Source: a bacterium
GTDB taxonomy: Bacteria > Patescibacteriota > Microgenomatia > Levybacterales > UBA12049
Assembly: GCA_021791545.1 (NCBI GenBank)
Contig: JAJYWL010000001.1
Coordinates: forward strand, 5,856 to 69,855
DNA: 64,000 bases
Direction: 5' to 3'
In this document: in pieces, positions 38,378 to 48,337 of the stretch
Layout: every line of letters begins with the position of its first letter
Numbering within the stretch: position 1 is the stretch's first letter
The notes under the pieces: generated by a model
The model's input: the letters and a program-made list of their open reading frames with translations, nothing else
The model's database searches: none
Told to the model about the DNA's origin: nothing
Made by a program: the position numbers and the translations under genes

Positions 38378-39429
38378 GAATTTTCACCCCCTTTCACATA
38401 TTTGTCAAAAAAAGCCAGTGACCTTTGCATGGCAAGGTCGAAGCCTTGTGAGATATTATGGTCAGACCCGGGATATACATAGAATTCGACATTCTTTCCG
38501 GCATTTTTTAATTTCTCGTAAAGGCTTTGGGAAAAGGCAACGGGAACTTCCTCATCGCTTCCGCCTGCGTCAAGTTGGACAGGAGCAGTTATGTCTGAAA
38601 CAAAGTTTGTGGGATCGATTGAATTCCAAAAGGTTGGATTTGCCGAAGGACTACCATATTTTGTAATTAGAGACTGTCTTCCGCTATTTCTTAGGGCAAG
38701 TTCCCTCGGGCCGGGACGAAATGGTACTTTTCTTTGCCAGTTATTGATCATATCGTTGTATGATCCGACTACTCCACCCCAAATTACTGCAGCTTTGATG
38801 TCTTTGGTATCTACAACTAAATCTCTTAAAGCGATGTTTCCGCCCATTGAATGCCCCCACATTCCTATTCTGTTGGGATCAGCTTGTGGATATTTTTTAA
38901 GAGAAGAAAGAGCATTTAATACGTCTGTTGCATATGCGGGAGAATAATATGCTCCTAGAGGATCCCCCTCAGAATTTCCGTTTCCTCTATAGTCCGATTT
39001 AAAGACTATATATCCGTTTTTTGCAAAATAGTCTACATAGGCGACATATCTTTCGGTTGTTTGGTATTGAGAAGGATCGATGTATCCATGGTTGAAAATG
39101 ATAACAGGCCACCCTGTTTTGGGTTTATCTCCCATGGGAACGGTCAAGAGGCCGTATATCTTAAGTCCGTCCGAAAGATAGGAAGCTATATATTGATGAT
39201 AGTTACTTCCGTCGGGAAGGGTTTGTTCGATGGTAAGATTGCTTCCGGGATAGCTTTTTGTTCTCATTGCTTCTATTGAAAGAGGATTTGTATTAACTGG
39301 AGATATTTTCGCTACCGTTTTACTTACTTCTTCTGCTCCATTTTTATACTTTAAAAAGTAGGAGAAAATCCCCAGTAAAAGGATAAATAAAAGTATTAAA
39401 GTTGATAAAAATATGGATTGTTTATTCAT
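38374..39429 (-). CDS. membrane-anchored alpha/beta hydrolase (S9 prolyl-oligopeptidase / dienelactone-hydrolase family)
   Basis: N-terminal TM; nucleophile elbow GHSMGG; later conserved Asp and His (GSDH). Confidence 0.7.
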   Translation of the reverse strand: MNKQSIFLSTLILLFILLLGIFSYFLKYKNGAEEVSKTVAKISPVNTNPLSIEAMRTKSYPGSNLTIEQTLPDGSNYHQYIASYLSDGLKIYGLLTVPMGDKPKTGWPVIIFNHGYIDPSQYQTTERYVAYVDYFAKNGYIVFKSDYRGNGNSEGDPLGAYYSPAYATDVLNALSSLKKYPQADPNRIGMWGHSMGGNIALRDLVVDTKDIKAAVIWGGVVGSYNDMINNWQRKVPFRPGPRELALRNSGRQSLITKYGSPSANPTFWNSIDPTNFVSDITAPVQLDAGGSDEEVPVAFSQSLYEKLKNAGKNVEFYVYPGSDHNISQGFDLAMQRSLAFFDKYVKGGENS

Positions 39430-40651
39430 ATCTTAGTGCTTCAATAGGTGATAAATCGGCTGCTTTTTTTGCAGGATACCATCCGAAGATGATTCCTATT
39501 GCTCCCGAAACTCCTATTGCCAGAACTACGGCCGAAACAGAAATCGTAAAAGGAAGGCTTATAAAGGAAACGATTATAAATGAAAGGATTATCCCTAACA
39601 TCATTCCCAATATTCCTCCACTTACCGTAAGAATTACAGATTCAATTAAGAATTGTGTAATAACTGTTCCGTCTTTGGCTCCAAGGGCTTTTCGAAGCCC
39701 TATTTCTCTGGTTCTTTCTATTACGGTAACAAGCATAATGTTCATGATTCCTATTCCTCCTACAAGAAGCGAAATGGCGGCAATTCCGGCAAGAAGTGCC
39801 GTAAAAACTCCCGTGATAGATGACGCGGTATTTAATATATCCGATTGGGAAAACATCGAAAAATCGGCTTCCGAAGGATTATTTATTTTATGTCTTGCCA
39901 GTAAAAGATAACCTACTTCGTCTTCCGCGCTTGCTATTGAGTCTGAATTTTTTGCAGAAAGTGAGATAGAGCTTAGATAATCTGCTCCGAAAAGTTCTTT
40001 TTGGGCGACTGTGAGCGGGACATATATCGCATCGTCCTGATTTGAAAGAGAACTTCCTCCTTTTGACGCGGTGAGTCCTACTACTACGAAAGTAAGCTTA
40101 TCTATTCTTACGGTTTGTCCTATCGGGTCATTTGTTCCAAAAAGATCTGATGCAGCGGTAGATCCGATAACTGCCACTCTTCTTAATGCGGAGACATCGT
40201 CTGCTGTCAAAAACTCACCTTCTGCCATACTTACATTATGAATAGAGGCATAGTCGGGAGTAGCTCCGATTATCTGCGTATTTGTATTCTGGCCTACCGT
40301 TGTGACTTGTGCTCTTCTTGTAAGTTCGGGAGATATTTTTGAAACAGAATTCATCTGAGGCAAATTTTGTTCTAAGGCCTTGGCATCTTCATAAGTAAGG
40401 GTAGTTCCCCCACCCACGGCTCCCCTGACCGCTCCTGTCTGCGTTGCTCCGGGAATTACAGTGATAAGGTTAGATCCCAATGATTCTATCTGGTTTTGTA
40501 CGGATTTCTGACTAGCCTGTCCAAGCGAAACAAGAGCTATTACTGCGCCGATACCGATTACGATTCCCAATATAGCAAGAGAGGTTCTGAGCTTATTGAT
40601 AAAAAGAGCTTCAAAAGCCGATTGTACTAATTCTCTAAATTCCATTCGCAC
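39422..40651 (-). CDS. ABC transporter permease, MacB/FtsX family
   Basis: N-terminal TM, large periplasmic domain, three C-terminal TM (FtsX-like); overlaps the ATPase gene. Confidence 0.8.
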   Translation of the reverse strand: MRMEFRELVQSAFEALFINKLRTSLAILGIVIGIGAVIALVSLGQASQKSVQNQIESLGSNLITVIPGATQTGAVRGAVGGGTTLTYEDAKALEQNLPQMNSVSKISPELTRRAQVTTVGQNTNTQIIGATPDYASIHNVSMAEGEFLTADDVSALRRVAVIGSTAASDLFGTNDPIGQTVRIDKLTFVVVGLTASKGGSSLSNQDDAIYVPLTVAQKELFGADYLSSISLSAKNSDSIASAEDEVGYLLLARHKINNPSEADFSMFSQSDILNTASSITGVFTALLAGIAAISLLVGGIGIMNIMLVTVIERTREIGLRKALGAKDGTVITQFLIESVILTVSGGILGMMLGIILSFIIVSFISLPFTISVSAVVLAIGVSGAIGIIFGWYPAKKAADLSPIEALRYE

Positions 40652-41339
40652 TCTCCTTTTTGTTCTTTTCGTTTTTTACTATCTTGCCGTCTTGTATGTG
40701 AATTATCCTTTCTGCCCATCTTGCAACGCTTGGTTCGTGAGTAATTATTACTATGGTGTGCCCTTCTTTTTGCAGTTTCTGAAAAATCTTCATGATTTCG
40801 TCGCTTTGAGCGGAGGATATGTTTCCCGTGGGTTCGTCGGCGAGTATGATGGAGGGTGTCATTGATAAGGCTCTTGCTATTGCCACTCTTTGCATCTGCC
40901 CTCCCGAGAGTTGGTTAGACGAATGGTTCATTCTATCCGCTAGCCCTACCTGGGTAAGCAGTTGTCTTGCCCTTTCCTCTCTTTTATTTTTATCTATTCC
41001 CGCATAGACCATAGGAAGCATAACGTTTTTCAAAGCTGATGTTCTGGGTAAAAGATTAAATGCTTGGAAAACAAATCCTATTTTTTTATTCCTTATCTCT
41101 GCAAGCTGATCTTTTGATAGGTTTTCTACGTTTTCGCCGTCTAGTATATATGTTCCGGAGGAGGGAATGTCGAGTGCGCCGAGGATATGCATTAAAGTTG
41201 ATTTTCCGCTTCCGGAAGGACCCATTATCGCTATGAATTCGCCTTTTTTAACAGAAAAAGATACATTGTCTAATGCTAAAGTCTGAACATCTCCCGTTTT
41301 GTATATCTTGGAAATGTTTTTAATGGATATCTGTTCCAT
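40635..41339 (-). CDS. ABC transporter ATP-binding protein (MacB/LolD-like)
   Basis: Walker A GPSGSGKST, Q-loop, signature LSGGQMQRVAIARAL, Walker B ILADEPTGN, H-loop. Confidence 0.9.
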   Translation of the reverse strand: MEQISIKNISKIYKTGDVQTLALDNVSFSVKKGEFIAIMGPSGSGKSTLMHILGALDIPSSGTYILDGENVENLSKDQLAEIRNKKIGFVFQAFNLLPRTSALKNVMLPMVYAGIDKNKREERARQLLTQVGLADRMNHSSNQLSGGQMQRVAIARALSMTPSIILADEPTGNISSAQSDEIMKIFQKLQKEGHTIVIITHEPSVARWAERIIHIQDGKIVKNEKNKKESANGI

Positions 41340-41341
41340 TT

Positions 41342-42763
41342 TTAGCCTCCTCCACCCACTCTTCGGAAGGTTGCTCCACCGCCCGCTCCTCCTCCAAACC
41401 TAAGTCCTCCTCCAAAAACCGAGGATGAACCCGAGCCTGTTGTTTGAGTACCTGTTATAACGGTCTGTCCTTCGGATAAGCCTGAAGTTATTTCGACTCC
41501 GTTTGTTGTCGAAAGACCTGTTTGCACTTCAACAGTTGATATCTGACCGTTTGGTTGAAGGACTCTTACCGTGGAAACACCGTTTGAGGTTCTCACTGCT
41601 GCCGTTGGGACAATAAGGACATTATCTTTTCTTGCAGTCTGAACAACGACAGTTGCGCTCATTCCTGATTTTATCTCGGGAGAGGGAGAAACGAGTCTAA
41701 AATATGCATTGAAAGTGACTACCCCTGAACTTTGTGTTCCTACCGAGTCTATTCTGTCTAAAGTAGCAACATATGTTTTGTTGGGTAAAGCGTCAAAGGT
41801 TACGGTGGCATTCTGACCCGGTTTAAGATTAGGCATATCGGATTCGTTTGCGGCAACTTCTATTTCATAAGAAGAATTGTTTGCCGTTATGAGAAGGACA
41901 GGATTAGAAGAACTGATGCTGGAAACAGAAGAAGATGTTGTCTGTGAACTCAAACTTGTCCCCGAGCTTGCATTAGAGTTCGAGTTGGAGGAAGTTGAAC
42001 CTCCGCTTATGTTTTGTCCGCTTGTCACTGCAAGATTTGCTACTGTTCCAGACGTAGGAGCTGTAACAGTATAATTTCCGGTTGCAGAAAGAGACAAGGA
42101 TGCCGAATTAAGACTGGCGTTCGCAGCGTTTATAGATGTATCCGCCTGATTGTATTTTGTCTCTAATGCGGAAAAATTTTCTCTCGCGCTTGTAAGAGAG
42201 GAATTAATGCTGTCTATTTCATTTTGAGTGTAGTTTTTCTTTGTTGAAGGATTTGGTTGGCTTGTGCTTAAGTTGGAATTCATCTGGTCTACCGCATCTT
42301 GAGCATTCAGAACAGTCTGTCTTGCCTGTTCGAGTTGTCCTACCAGACTTTCTTTGCTTTGTTGTGCCGATTGGAAGCTGTTTAAAGCATTGAGATACGA
42401 GGCATAGGCTGAAGCTTTTTCTTGAGGGGTTGCGGTGCTTTCAACGGTAAACAGGTTTTGCCCTTGTGAAACAGGATCTCCGTTTCGGACATAGACCTCG
42501 GTTATTATTCCGTCTGTTGGGGAAGAAACACTTACTGTTCCTGTTGAAACATTTCCGCTTTCCGTTATCGAATCGATCAGTGTACCTTTGGTGACGGTAG
42601 CTGTTGTATATGTCGGAGCTTTAGAGGAAGCAAAAAATTGTCTATATCCCAGGAAAAGAAGTATCAGAATTCCCGCAAGGATTAAAATTTTGTTCCTTTT
42701 TCCCGTTTTTTTGTACCAATTAATTCCGTTTTTTATTCTTGTAATTATATTTTGCATCGTCAT
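41342..42763 (-). CDS. periplasmic adaptor / membrane fusion protein (HlyD/MacA family) with long Ser/Thr/Asn-rich insert
   Basis: N-terminal TM, coiled-coil hairpin region (SINAANASLNSASLSL...), beta-barrel C-terminal region; an unusual roughly 60-aa Ser-rich low-complexity tract; Gly-rich C-terminus. Confidence 0.7.
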   Translation of the reverse strand: MTMQNIITRIKNGINWYKKTGKRNKILILAGILILLFLGYRQFFASSKAPTYTTATVTKGTLIDSITESGNVSTGTVSVSSPTDGIITEVYVRNGDPVSQGQNLFTVESTATPQEKASAYASYLNALNSFQSAQQSKESLVGQLEQARQTVLNAQDAVDQMNSNLSTSQPNPSTKKNYTQNEIDSINSSLTSARENFSALETKYNQADTSINAANASLNSASLSLSATGNYTVTAPTSGTVANLAVTSGQNISGGSTSSNSNSNASSGTSLSSQTTSSSVSSISSSNPVLLITANNSSYEIEVAANESDMPNLKPGQNATVTFDALPNKTYVATLDRIDSVGTQSSGVVTFNAYFRLVSPSPEIKSGMSATVVVQTARKDNVLIVPTAAVRTSNGVSTVRVLQPNGQISTVEVQTGLSTTNGVEITSGLSEGQTVITGTQTTGSGSSSVFGGGLRFGGGAGGGATFRRVGGGG

Positions 42764-42803
42764 CAGTCTATTTCTCCTTTCTGAAAAGAAGCTTAGAATA
42801 AGT

Positions 42804-43799
42804 TTAAGTTCTTGAGGGCAGATTAATCAGAAAAGTTGTTCCCTTTTCCGGTTCACTTAAAGCTTTAATGTTTCCTCCGTGTTCTTCCGTTATTTTTTTT
42901 GCAATTGAGAGTCCCAATCCAAAACCGCTACTTGTCCTTGATTTTTCTGATCTATAGAACCTGTCGAAAATATGAGGAAGATCTTCCGTTTTTATACCTA
43001 TTCCCTCGTCTTTTACAGATATTTCAATCTTTCCGTCTGTTTTCTTTGCTTTTATATTTATTTTCTTTCCTGAAGAGCTGTATTTTATTGCATTGTCGAG
43101 TAAGATCACGAAGAGCTGAATTAGTTTCTGTTCGTCTCCTTTTGTATAGTATTTATTTGAAGTAAAAATAATCTGTATTCTTTTGTTTTTTGCCAGAGGA
43201 GTCACTTTGTCTATCGCTTTTTGGAGTATGTCTTTAAGGTTAACTGTTGAACTGTTTCCTTCTTTATTATAGTAGGCAAGTAAAAGAAGGTTATTTGTAA
43301 GAGTCTGAAGTTCTTTGACGTCCGTAAGATTTTCTTCCAAGAGCTGTCTTGCTTTCTCCAAGTTTATTTTCTTGTCTCTTAACCCTACCTCCAAAGATGT
43401 AGACATTGCCGTTAAAGGTGTTCTTAATTCATGAGAGGCATCGGAAATGAATCTATTTTGTTCATCTACCATTATGCGGATAGGCTTTAATGCTCTTCCA
43501 GCGAGAAAATATCCGCTTGCCGCTGAAATAACGATTATAAGTCCGTCGATAAGAAGAATTCTTAAAATGAGCCATTCTCTGATTTCCGATAACACATTGG
43601 GGTCTATTCTTCTGTAATCTAGTCCTGCAGGTGGTGGGCCATTGTATTCTCTTTGGATAATAATTCTTTGCTGTCTTTCCAATCCTCTTTCGAATTCAAG
43701 CCTGAAGCCGTTAAAAGCAAGAACGCTAAAAAAGGCAGTTATTATAAACGCTATAAAAACATACCATAAAGTTAATTTTATTCTTGCCGATCTAAACAT
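42804..43799 (-). CDS. sensor histidine kinase
   Basis: Two TM, H-box SHELRTPLTAM, N/G1/G2 boxes (LLDNAIKYS, DEGIGI, GFGLGLSIA). Confidence 0.85.
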   Translation of the reverse strand: MFRSARIKLTLWYVFIAFIITAFFSVLAFNGFRLEFERGLERQQRIIIQREYNGPPPAGLDYRRIDPNVLSEIREWLILRILLIDGLIIVISAASGYFLAGRALKPIRIMVDEQNRFISDASHELRTPLTAMSTSLEVGLRDKKINLEKARQLLEENLTDVKELQTLTNNLLLLAYYNKEGNSSTVNLKDILQKAIDKVTPLAKNKRIQIIFTSNKYYTKGDEQKLIQLFVILLDNAIKYSSSGKKINIKAKKTDGKIEISVKDEGIGIKTEDLPHIFDRFYRSEKSRTSSGFGLGLSIAKKITEEHGGNIKALSEPEKGTTFLINLPSRT

Positions 43800-43801
43800 A
43801 T

Positions 43802-44470
43802 CTATTCTCCCAGTCGATATCCGAATCCTCTTATAGTGTTTATCAATTTCTTTTTAAAGGGCCTATCTATCTTGTTTCTCAAGTATCCGATATATACTTC
43901 TACCGTATTGGGGAGGACGTCCGAATCGTAATCCCATATATGAGAGATTATTTCTTCTTTTGTCACCGTTCTCTTACTGTGTCTTAATAAAAATTCCAAA
44001 AGCGCAAATTCTTTACTTGAGAGGCTTATGTTTTTCCCCTTTCTTCTTACTTCAAAATTTTTAGGATCTAAGGATAAATCTTCCAATTCTAAAACTTGTC
44101 CCGTACTTTCCCTAGGTCTTCTTTGAAGAGCTCTTATTCTTGCCAAAAGTTCCTCGAATGCAAAAGGTTTTACCAGATAATCGTCAGCTCCGGCATCTAA
44201 TCCTTCAACTTTGTCTTCGGTTTGTCCTTTAGCGGTAAGAAGTAGGATTGGAGTGTGGTTATTCTTTTCTCTTAGCAATTTGCATATTTCTATGCCGTCC
44301 ATTCCGGGGAGTAGTCTGTCTAAGATAATGAGGTCGTAAGTCTCTCCCATCGCAAGATCAAGACCTACATTTCCGTCATAAGCTACATCTACCGCATAAG
44401 ATTCCTGTTCGAGACCCTTTTTAAGGGCTGCAGATATTCGATGTTCATCTTCCACGATTAATATTCTCAT
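43802..44470 (-). CDS. OmpR-family response regulator
   Basis: Receiver MRILIVEDE...DLIILD...K, and a C-terminal winged-helix DNA-binding domain (YIGYLRNKID...RGFGYRL). Confidence 0.9.
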   Translation of the reverse strand: MRILIVEDEHRISAALKKGLEQESYAVDVAYDGNVGLDLAMGETYDLIILDRLLPGMDGIEICKLLREKNNHTPILLLTAKGQTEDKVEGLDAGADDYLVKPFAFEELLARIRALQRRPRESTGQVLELEDLSLDPKNFEVRRKGKNISLSSKEFALLEFLLRHSKRTVTKEEIISHIWDYDSDVLPNTVEVYIGYLRNKIDRPFKKKLINTIRGFGYRLGE

Positions 44471-44691
44471 TTGGCGTTGATATTATACTCCTTTCCTTAA
44501 AGATTACTGAGAAAATTCTGAGTATTAGAAACCGGGAGCGTTTGAAAGGAATATTATCCATCCGGCGGCGGCAAAGATGAGGAAAAGAACTCCAATTATC
44601 TTCTTCACACCTTAAGCTTATTAGTAATTCCTTAGAAAAAGCTTAAACTTTACTTGCATTTACCCTCCAATTGCTATAGAATTCCGATCTT

Positions 44692-45741
44692 ATGCATGAG
44701 CTTTTAAGCCATATAGAGGGAGCCCAAAGATTTAGAGTAAGGAAAATGGAGCCCGCTAGAGCAGAGTTACTTGAAAGAGTAAATGTTGATTACCCATATT
44801 TGGAAAAAGTTTTTTCGAGCATGCCTTTGTCGGAAGCAACTCCTATCCTGAATGGATTAGACAGTACGTTTAGAGGTGAAAACGGAAGATTATTGCAAAG
44901 AGCTTTAGAACTTCCCTTTGATATCGACCCTACACTAAAGGAAGACAGGGCAGATTATTTTGCAAATTATAGCGCAGAAAGCGTGGATGACGATATTGTT
45001 TCACAAGCTTATGCCGAACTTGCCGATAACCCTTATGTACAAAAACTTCTTGCGCCATTTTGGGATATTGCCAAAAAAGAAGACGGTCAGGGAAATCCGA
45101 ATAATGAAATATTGGTAAAGGGATATAAGTTTGCTTTAGCCCTTATTCTGTCGAAGCTCCCCTACTCTTCTATGCCTTTTGATCTTCAGGAAAGAGTCGG
45201 TAATCCCCTCTTTTATAATTATGAAGTTTCGGCAGCAAAAGACCAGTGGTTTTTGTGTGAAGAATCCGAACAGAGAATGTTAAAGGCAGTAAGACCGGAG
45301 CTGGAAGGAGCAGTCTTGGTAAACGATTCGTTACTGGTTAAAGTAATTCCCGGAAAATTAACAGCAGTATGTCTAAAACCCGTAACAACTCCGAGTGGTT
45401 TTCTAGTGCCAGGTGTTTGGTATTCCCCCGATGACGATAAATCGGTGAGAAGAGTAGAAGAAGCTTTTTACAGAGGAGATACAAGCCTGCAATATGAAGG
45501 ATTTATGTCATGGATCGCAATGAGGCCGGTAGAGGGAAGATTTATCGATGCCCATCCTGTATCTACGGATTCATTTATGAAAAATATCCGGAAAGAGGCT
45601 ACATCTCTTCCCCAAAAAGCTCCGGAACTAATATTTCTTGATAAAGAATTAAGTTCTCAATTGGGAACTTTTCAGAATGGTTATTGCACCAGAAAAGAAG
45701 CAAGAAAACAACTTAGAGAGGCAATGAATTTTGATTTTTGA
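44692..45741 (+). CDS. hypothetical protein (349 aa)
   Basis: Long ORF, no recognised motif. Confidence 0.4.
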   Translation: MHELLSHIEGAQRFRVRKMEPARAELLERVNVDYPYLEKVFSSMPLSEATPILNGLDSTFRGENGRLLQRALELPFDIDPTLKEDRADYFANYSAESVDDDIVSQAYAELADNPYVQKLLAPFWDIAKKEDGQGNPNNEILVKGYKFALALILSKLPYSSMPFDLQERVGNPLFYNYEVSAAKDQWFLCEESEQRMLKAVRPELEGAVLVNDSLLVKVIPGKLTAVCLKPVTTPSGFLVPGVWYSPDDDKSVRRVEEAFYRGDTSLQYEGFMSWIAMRPVEGRFIDAHPVSTDSFMKNIRKEATSLPQKAPELIFLDKELSSQLGTFQNGYCTRKEARKQLREAMNFDF

Positions 45742-45784
45742 GGGCATTGAGCTAGGAAAGTCTTTTTGATATACTTCACCTTAC

Positions 45785-45856
45785 GCGGGCGTAGTTCATC
45801 GGTAGAACGTCTCCTTGCCAAGGAGAAGGCAGAGGGTCCGATTCCCTTCGCCCGCT
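45785..45856 (+). tRNA. tRNA-Gly (anticodon GCC)
   Basis: Acceptor GCGGGCG/CGCCCGC, D GTTC/GAAC, anticodon stem TCTCC/GGAGA with loop TTGCCAA, T-arm GAGGG-TCCGATT-CCCTT, discriminator T; CCA not encoded. Confidence 0.8.
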
Positions 45857-45894
45857 CATATTGAATTCTTACATTCCCCCTCTATAATCTTTAA

Positions 45895-46446
45895 ATGGAA
45901 ATAGCAACGTTGGCAGGAGGCTGTTTTTGGTGTACTGAGGCAATCTTCAAAAGACTTAAAGGCGTAATATCGGTAACTCCAGGCTATAGCGGTGGATCAA
46001 CAGAAAATCCTACATACGAAGAAGTTTCTTCCGGAAGAACGGGACACGCGGAGACTATCCAAATTGAATTTGATTCTACAAAAATTTCTTTTGACAAAAT
46101 ATTGGATGTCTTTTGGCACACACATAACCCTACTACTTTAAATATGCAGGGTTATGATATTGGAACTCAATATCGTTCTATCATCTTTTATCACGATGAA
46201 AAGCAAAGAGAAGTAGCCGAAAAATCTAAAAAAGAACTTGAACAATGGGGTGTTTTTAAAGATAAAATAGTAACTCAAATAGTGCCTTTTAAAAATTTTT
46301 ATTCTGCCGAAGAGTATCATAAAGATTATTTTGAAAAGAACTCGAATGCACCTTACTGTACATTTGTAATTACTCCTAAAATCCAGAAACTATTTGAGAA
46401 ATACGGCGATGAAGTCAGGCAGGAATTTACTTATGAAACTAAATAA
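45895..46446 (+). CDS. msrA: peptide methionine-S-sulfoxide reductase MsrA
   Basis: Active-site GCFWCTEA at the N-terminus. Confidence 0.9.
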   Translation: MEIATLAGGCFWCTEAIFKRLKGVISVTPGYSGGSTENPTYEEVSSGRTGHAETIQIEFDSTKISFDKILDVFWHTHNPTTLNMQGYDIGTQYRSIIFYHDEKQREVAEKSKKELEQWGVFKDKIVTQIVPFKNFYSAEEYHKDYFEKNSNAPYCTFVITPKIQKLFEKYGDEVRQEFTYETK

Positions 46447-46825
46447 TTTATCGGAAGAAGAAAAAGAAGTAGTCATAAACAAAAAAACAGAAAAGCCATT
46501 TTCCGGAGAATATGACGATTTTTTTAAAAAAGGGATGTTTGTCTGCAGGCAATGCAACAATCCCCTCTATTCCTCGGATGCTAAATTTAGATCAGGATGC
46601 GGTTGGCCAAGCTTTGACGAAGAAATAAAAGGATCTGTAAAAAGAATTCCTGATGAGGACGGATTTAGAACAGAAATTGTTTGTTCAAGATGTGGAGCAC
46701 ATCTAGGACATGTTTTTGAGGGAGAAAAGTTTACAGAGAAAGATACAAGGCATTGTGTCAATTCTCTGTCTATAAAGTTTGTTCCAGAGGAGTCAGCCTT
46801 TTCATCTCGTCAATTAGATTCTTAG
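46433..46825 (+). CDS. msrB: peptide methionine-R-sulfoxide reductase MsrB
   Basis: Zinc CxxC pairs (CRQCNNPL; CSRCGAHLGHVF) and catalytic RHCVNS; start chosen at MKLNNLSEEE, overlapping msrA by 14 nt. Confidence 0.85.
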   Translation: MKLNNLSEEEKEVVINKKTEKPFSGEYDDFFKKGMFVCRQCNNPLYSSDAKFRSGCGWPSFDEEIKGSVKRIPDEDGFRTEIVCSRCGAHLGHVFEGEKFTEKDTRHCVNSLSIKFVPEESAFSSRQLDS

Positions 46826-46836
46826 CTTCTATTTTA

Positions 46837-48165
46837 TTAAGAAGAAAAGAAAGCAAATGAGTATTCTATTAACTTCTTTGTTTTTCTTGTGGGTATTTTT
46901 ATAACTTCAGGGAGAGGAAGATAAATGTATAAGTAAATGTATTTTCCGAAAAGACTTTGTTCATTTCCCTTGCTTAGTTCCGTGAATTTATATATGAAAA
47001 GCGAAAAGATCAAGGGAACAAGTCCAATAAAAAGAAACCACATCTTGGCGATTACTAAAGGTTTTCCAAATCCTAGAAAGATAAGGAAAAGCAAAGCTCC
47101 CAGACTTCTACCTGCCATCATAGGAAATTCCAGAAAAACAATATATTTATTGAAGTCTTTTTTATGCTCCCTGTTGTTATCCAGTGCATTAAAGAAAGCA
47201 GAGGAAGTACCTATGCTATATAAGGGTCCCGCAATGATCCCGATTATTGAATTAAGGATAAGTCCCGAAACAGAAAAGATAGAAATATATAGTATGTTGG
47301 AAAACAAAGTCATTAAGGAACCGATAAGGATAGATTTCATTCTGTTTCCCTTATTCATCCTTTTGGCAAGAAGCATGCAGAATATGGCATTTATTACAGA
47401 AAAAAGGCTTTGATAAATCCCTATATTAAGCTCTTTGGAGAGAATATTAAAAACAAGATATGAGGTTATGAAACCTTCTGACCCCACCTTAAGTCCTTCT
47501 ATTATGTAAGCGTAAGAAGTATATCTCCAGAGTTTTTTCTTAAGAGGTGAAATAAGTTCCTTCGGTCTTACTTTTGGAACTTTAGACGAAGGAAGAAGAA
47601 AAGAAAAAATTATTCCCACAAAAAGTATTAGTGAAGAAAGAAAAAATAAAAGGTAATAGTTTTCTACGATACCCATACGAGGAATCAAAGTTTGCGAAAT
47701 TATAAAACCTGATATTAAAGGAGTCCCCATTGAAAGAAAATTCGACAAAGAAGAACCAAATCCATAGAAAGTGTCTCTGTTGTCATTACGTGTATTTAGA
47801 TATGTAAGAACATTCATTCCTGCGAAATAAACTCCGGTTGCCAGTCCAAATACGAAACCTAAAGGGAAGACAAAACCTGAAACATTATTTTTGAGGAAGA
47901 TGATCAGAAAATAAGCAAGTATTTGTATAAACATCCCAAGTTGTACGTAATATTTTGCCTTAATTTCTTTTTCTATTAAATTTGATTCTAGGTATCCTGC
48001 CAGGATTGCAGGAAACTGGATAAGGTTAAATAGCACGAGTTGATCAAGAGAGTGGAGCTGTCGTAAAAGATAAATATTTATAAAAACCGAGGCAAGTCCC
48101 TGTCCGAATTGATAAATAAGATTTGTTAAAGTAATAAACTTTGCCGCCCTGGATAAATTTTTCAT
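46837..48165 (-). CDS. MFS-type transporter
   Basis: About 12 predicted hydrophobic helices; 442 aa. Confidence 0.65.
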   Translation of the reverse strand: MKNLSRAAKFITLTNLIYQFGQGLASVFINIYLLRQLHSLDQLVLFNLIQFPAILAGYLESNLIEKEIKAKYYVQLGMFIQILAYFLIIFLKNNVSGFVFPLGFVFGLATGVYFAGMNVLTYLNTRNDNRDTFYGFGSSLSNFLSMGTPLISGFIISQTLIPRMGIVENYYLLFFLSSLILFVGIIFSFLLPSSKVPKVRPKELISPLKKKLWRYTSYAYIIEGLKVGSEGFITSYLVFNILSKELNIGIYQSLFSVINAIFCMLLAKRMNKGNRMKSILIGSLMTLFSNILYISIFSVSGLILNSIIGIIAGPLYSIGTSSAFFNALDNNREHKKDFNKYIVFLEFPMMAGRSLGALLFLIFLGFGKPLVIAKMWFLFIGLVPLIFSLFIYKFTELSKGNEQSLFGKYIYLYIYLPLPEVIKIPTRKTKKLIEYSFAFFSS

Positions 48166-48337
48166 TAACTCGTGTTATGTTAACAAAAAAATATTTTTTG
48201 AAAAGATTTATAGTAATTTTGCTTTTGGAAACTCTTATCTTTTTATTACTTAAATAATATATTTTAGAAATGTGAAGAAATTACTAGCAAGAGATGTAGA
48301 TGAGGCTGAAGAAGATTTAAGGAGTCATTAAAATTTG

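Noticed and set aside
44527-44612. 27-codon GTG-initiated hydrophobic peptide (VKKIIGVLFLIFAAAGWIIFLSNAPGF) in the TCS / 44692 intergenic region
   Set aside because: No clear RBS, non-ATG start; likely chance ORF in an AT-rich spacer.
45785-45856. Initial reading of this tRNA as tRNA-Trp (CCA)
   Set aside because: Re-folding shows the anticodon stem is TCTCC/GGAGA with loop TTGCCAA, so the anticodon is GCC (Gly). The CCA reading required a 5-nt loop.
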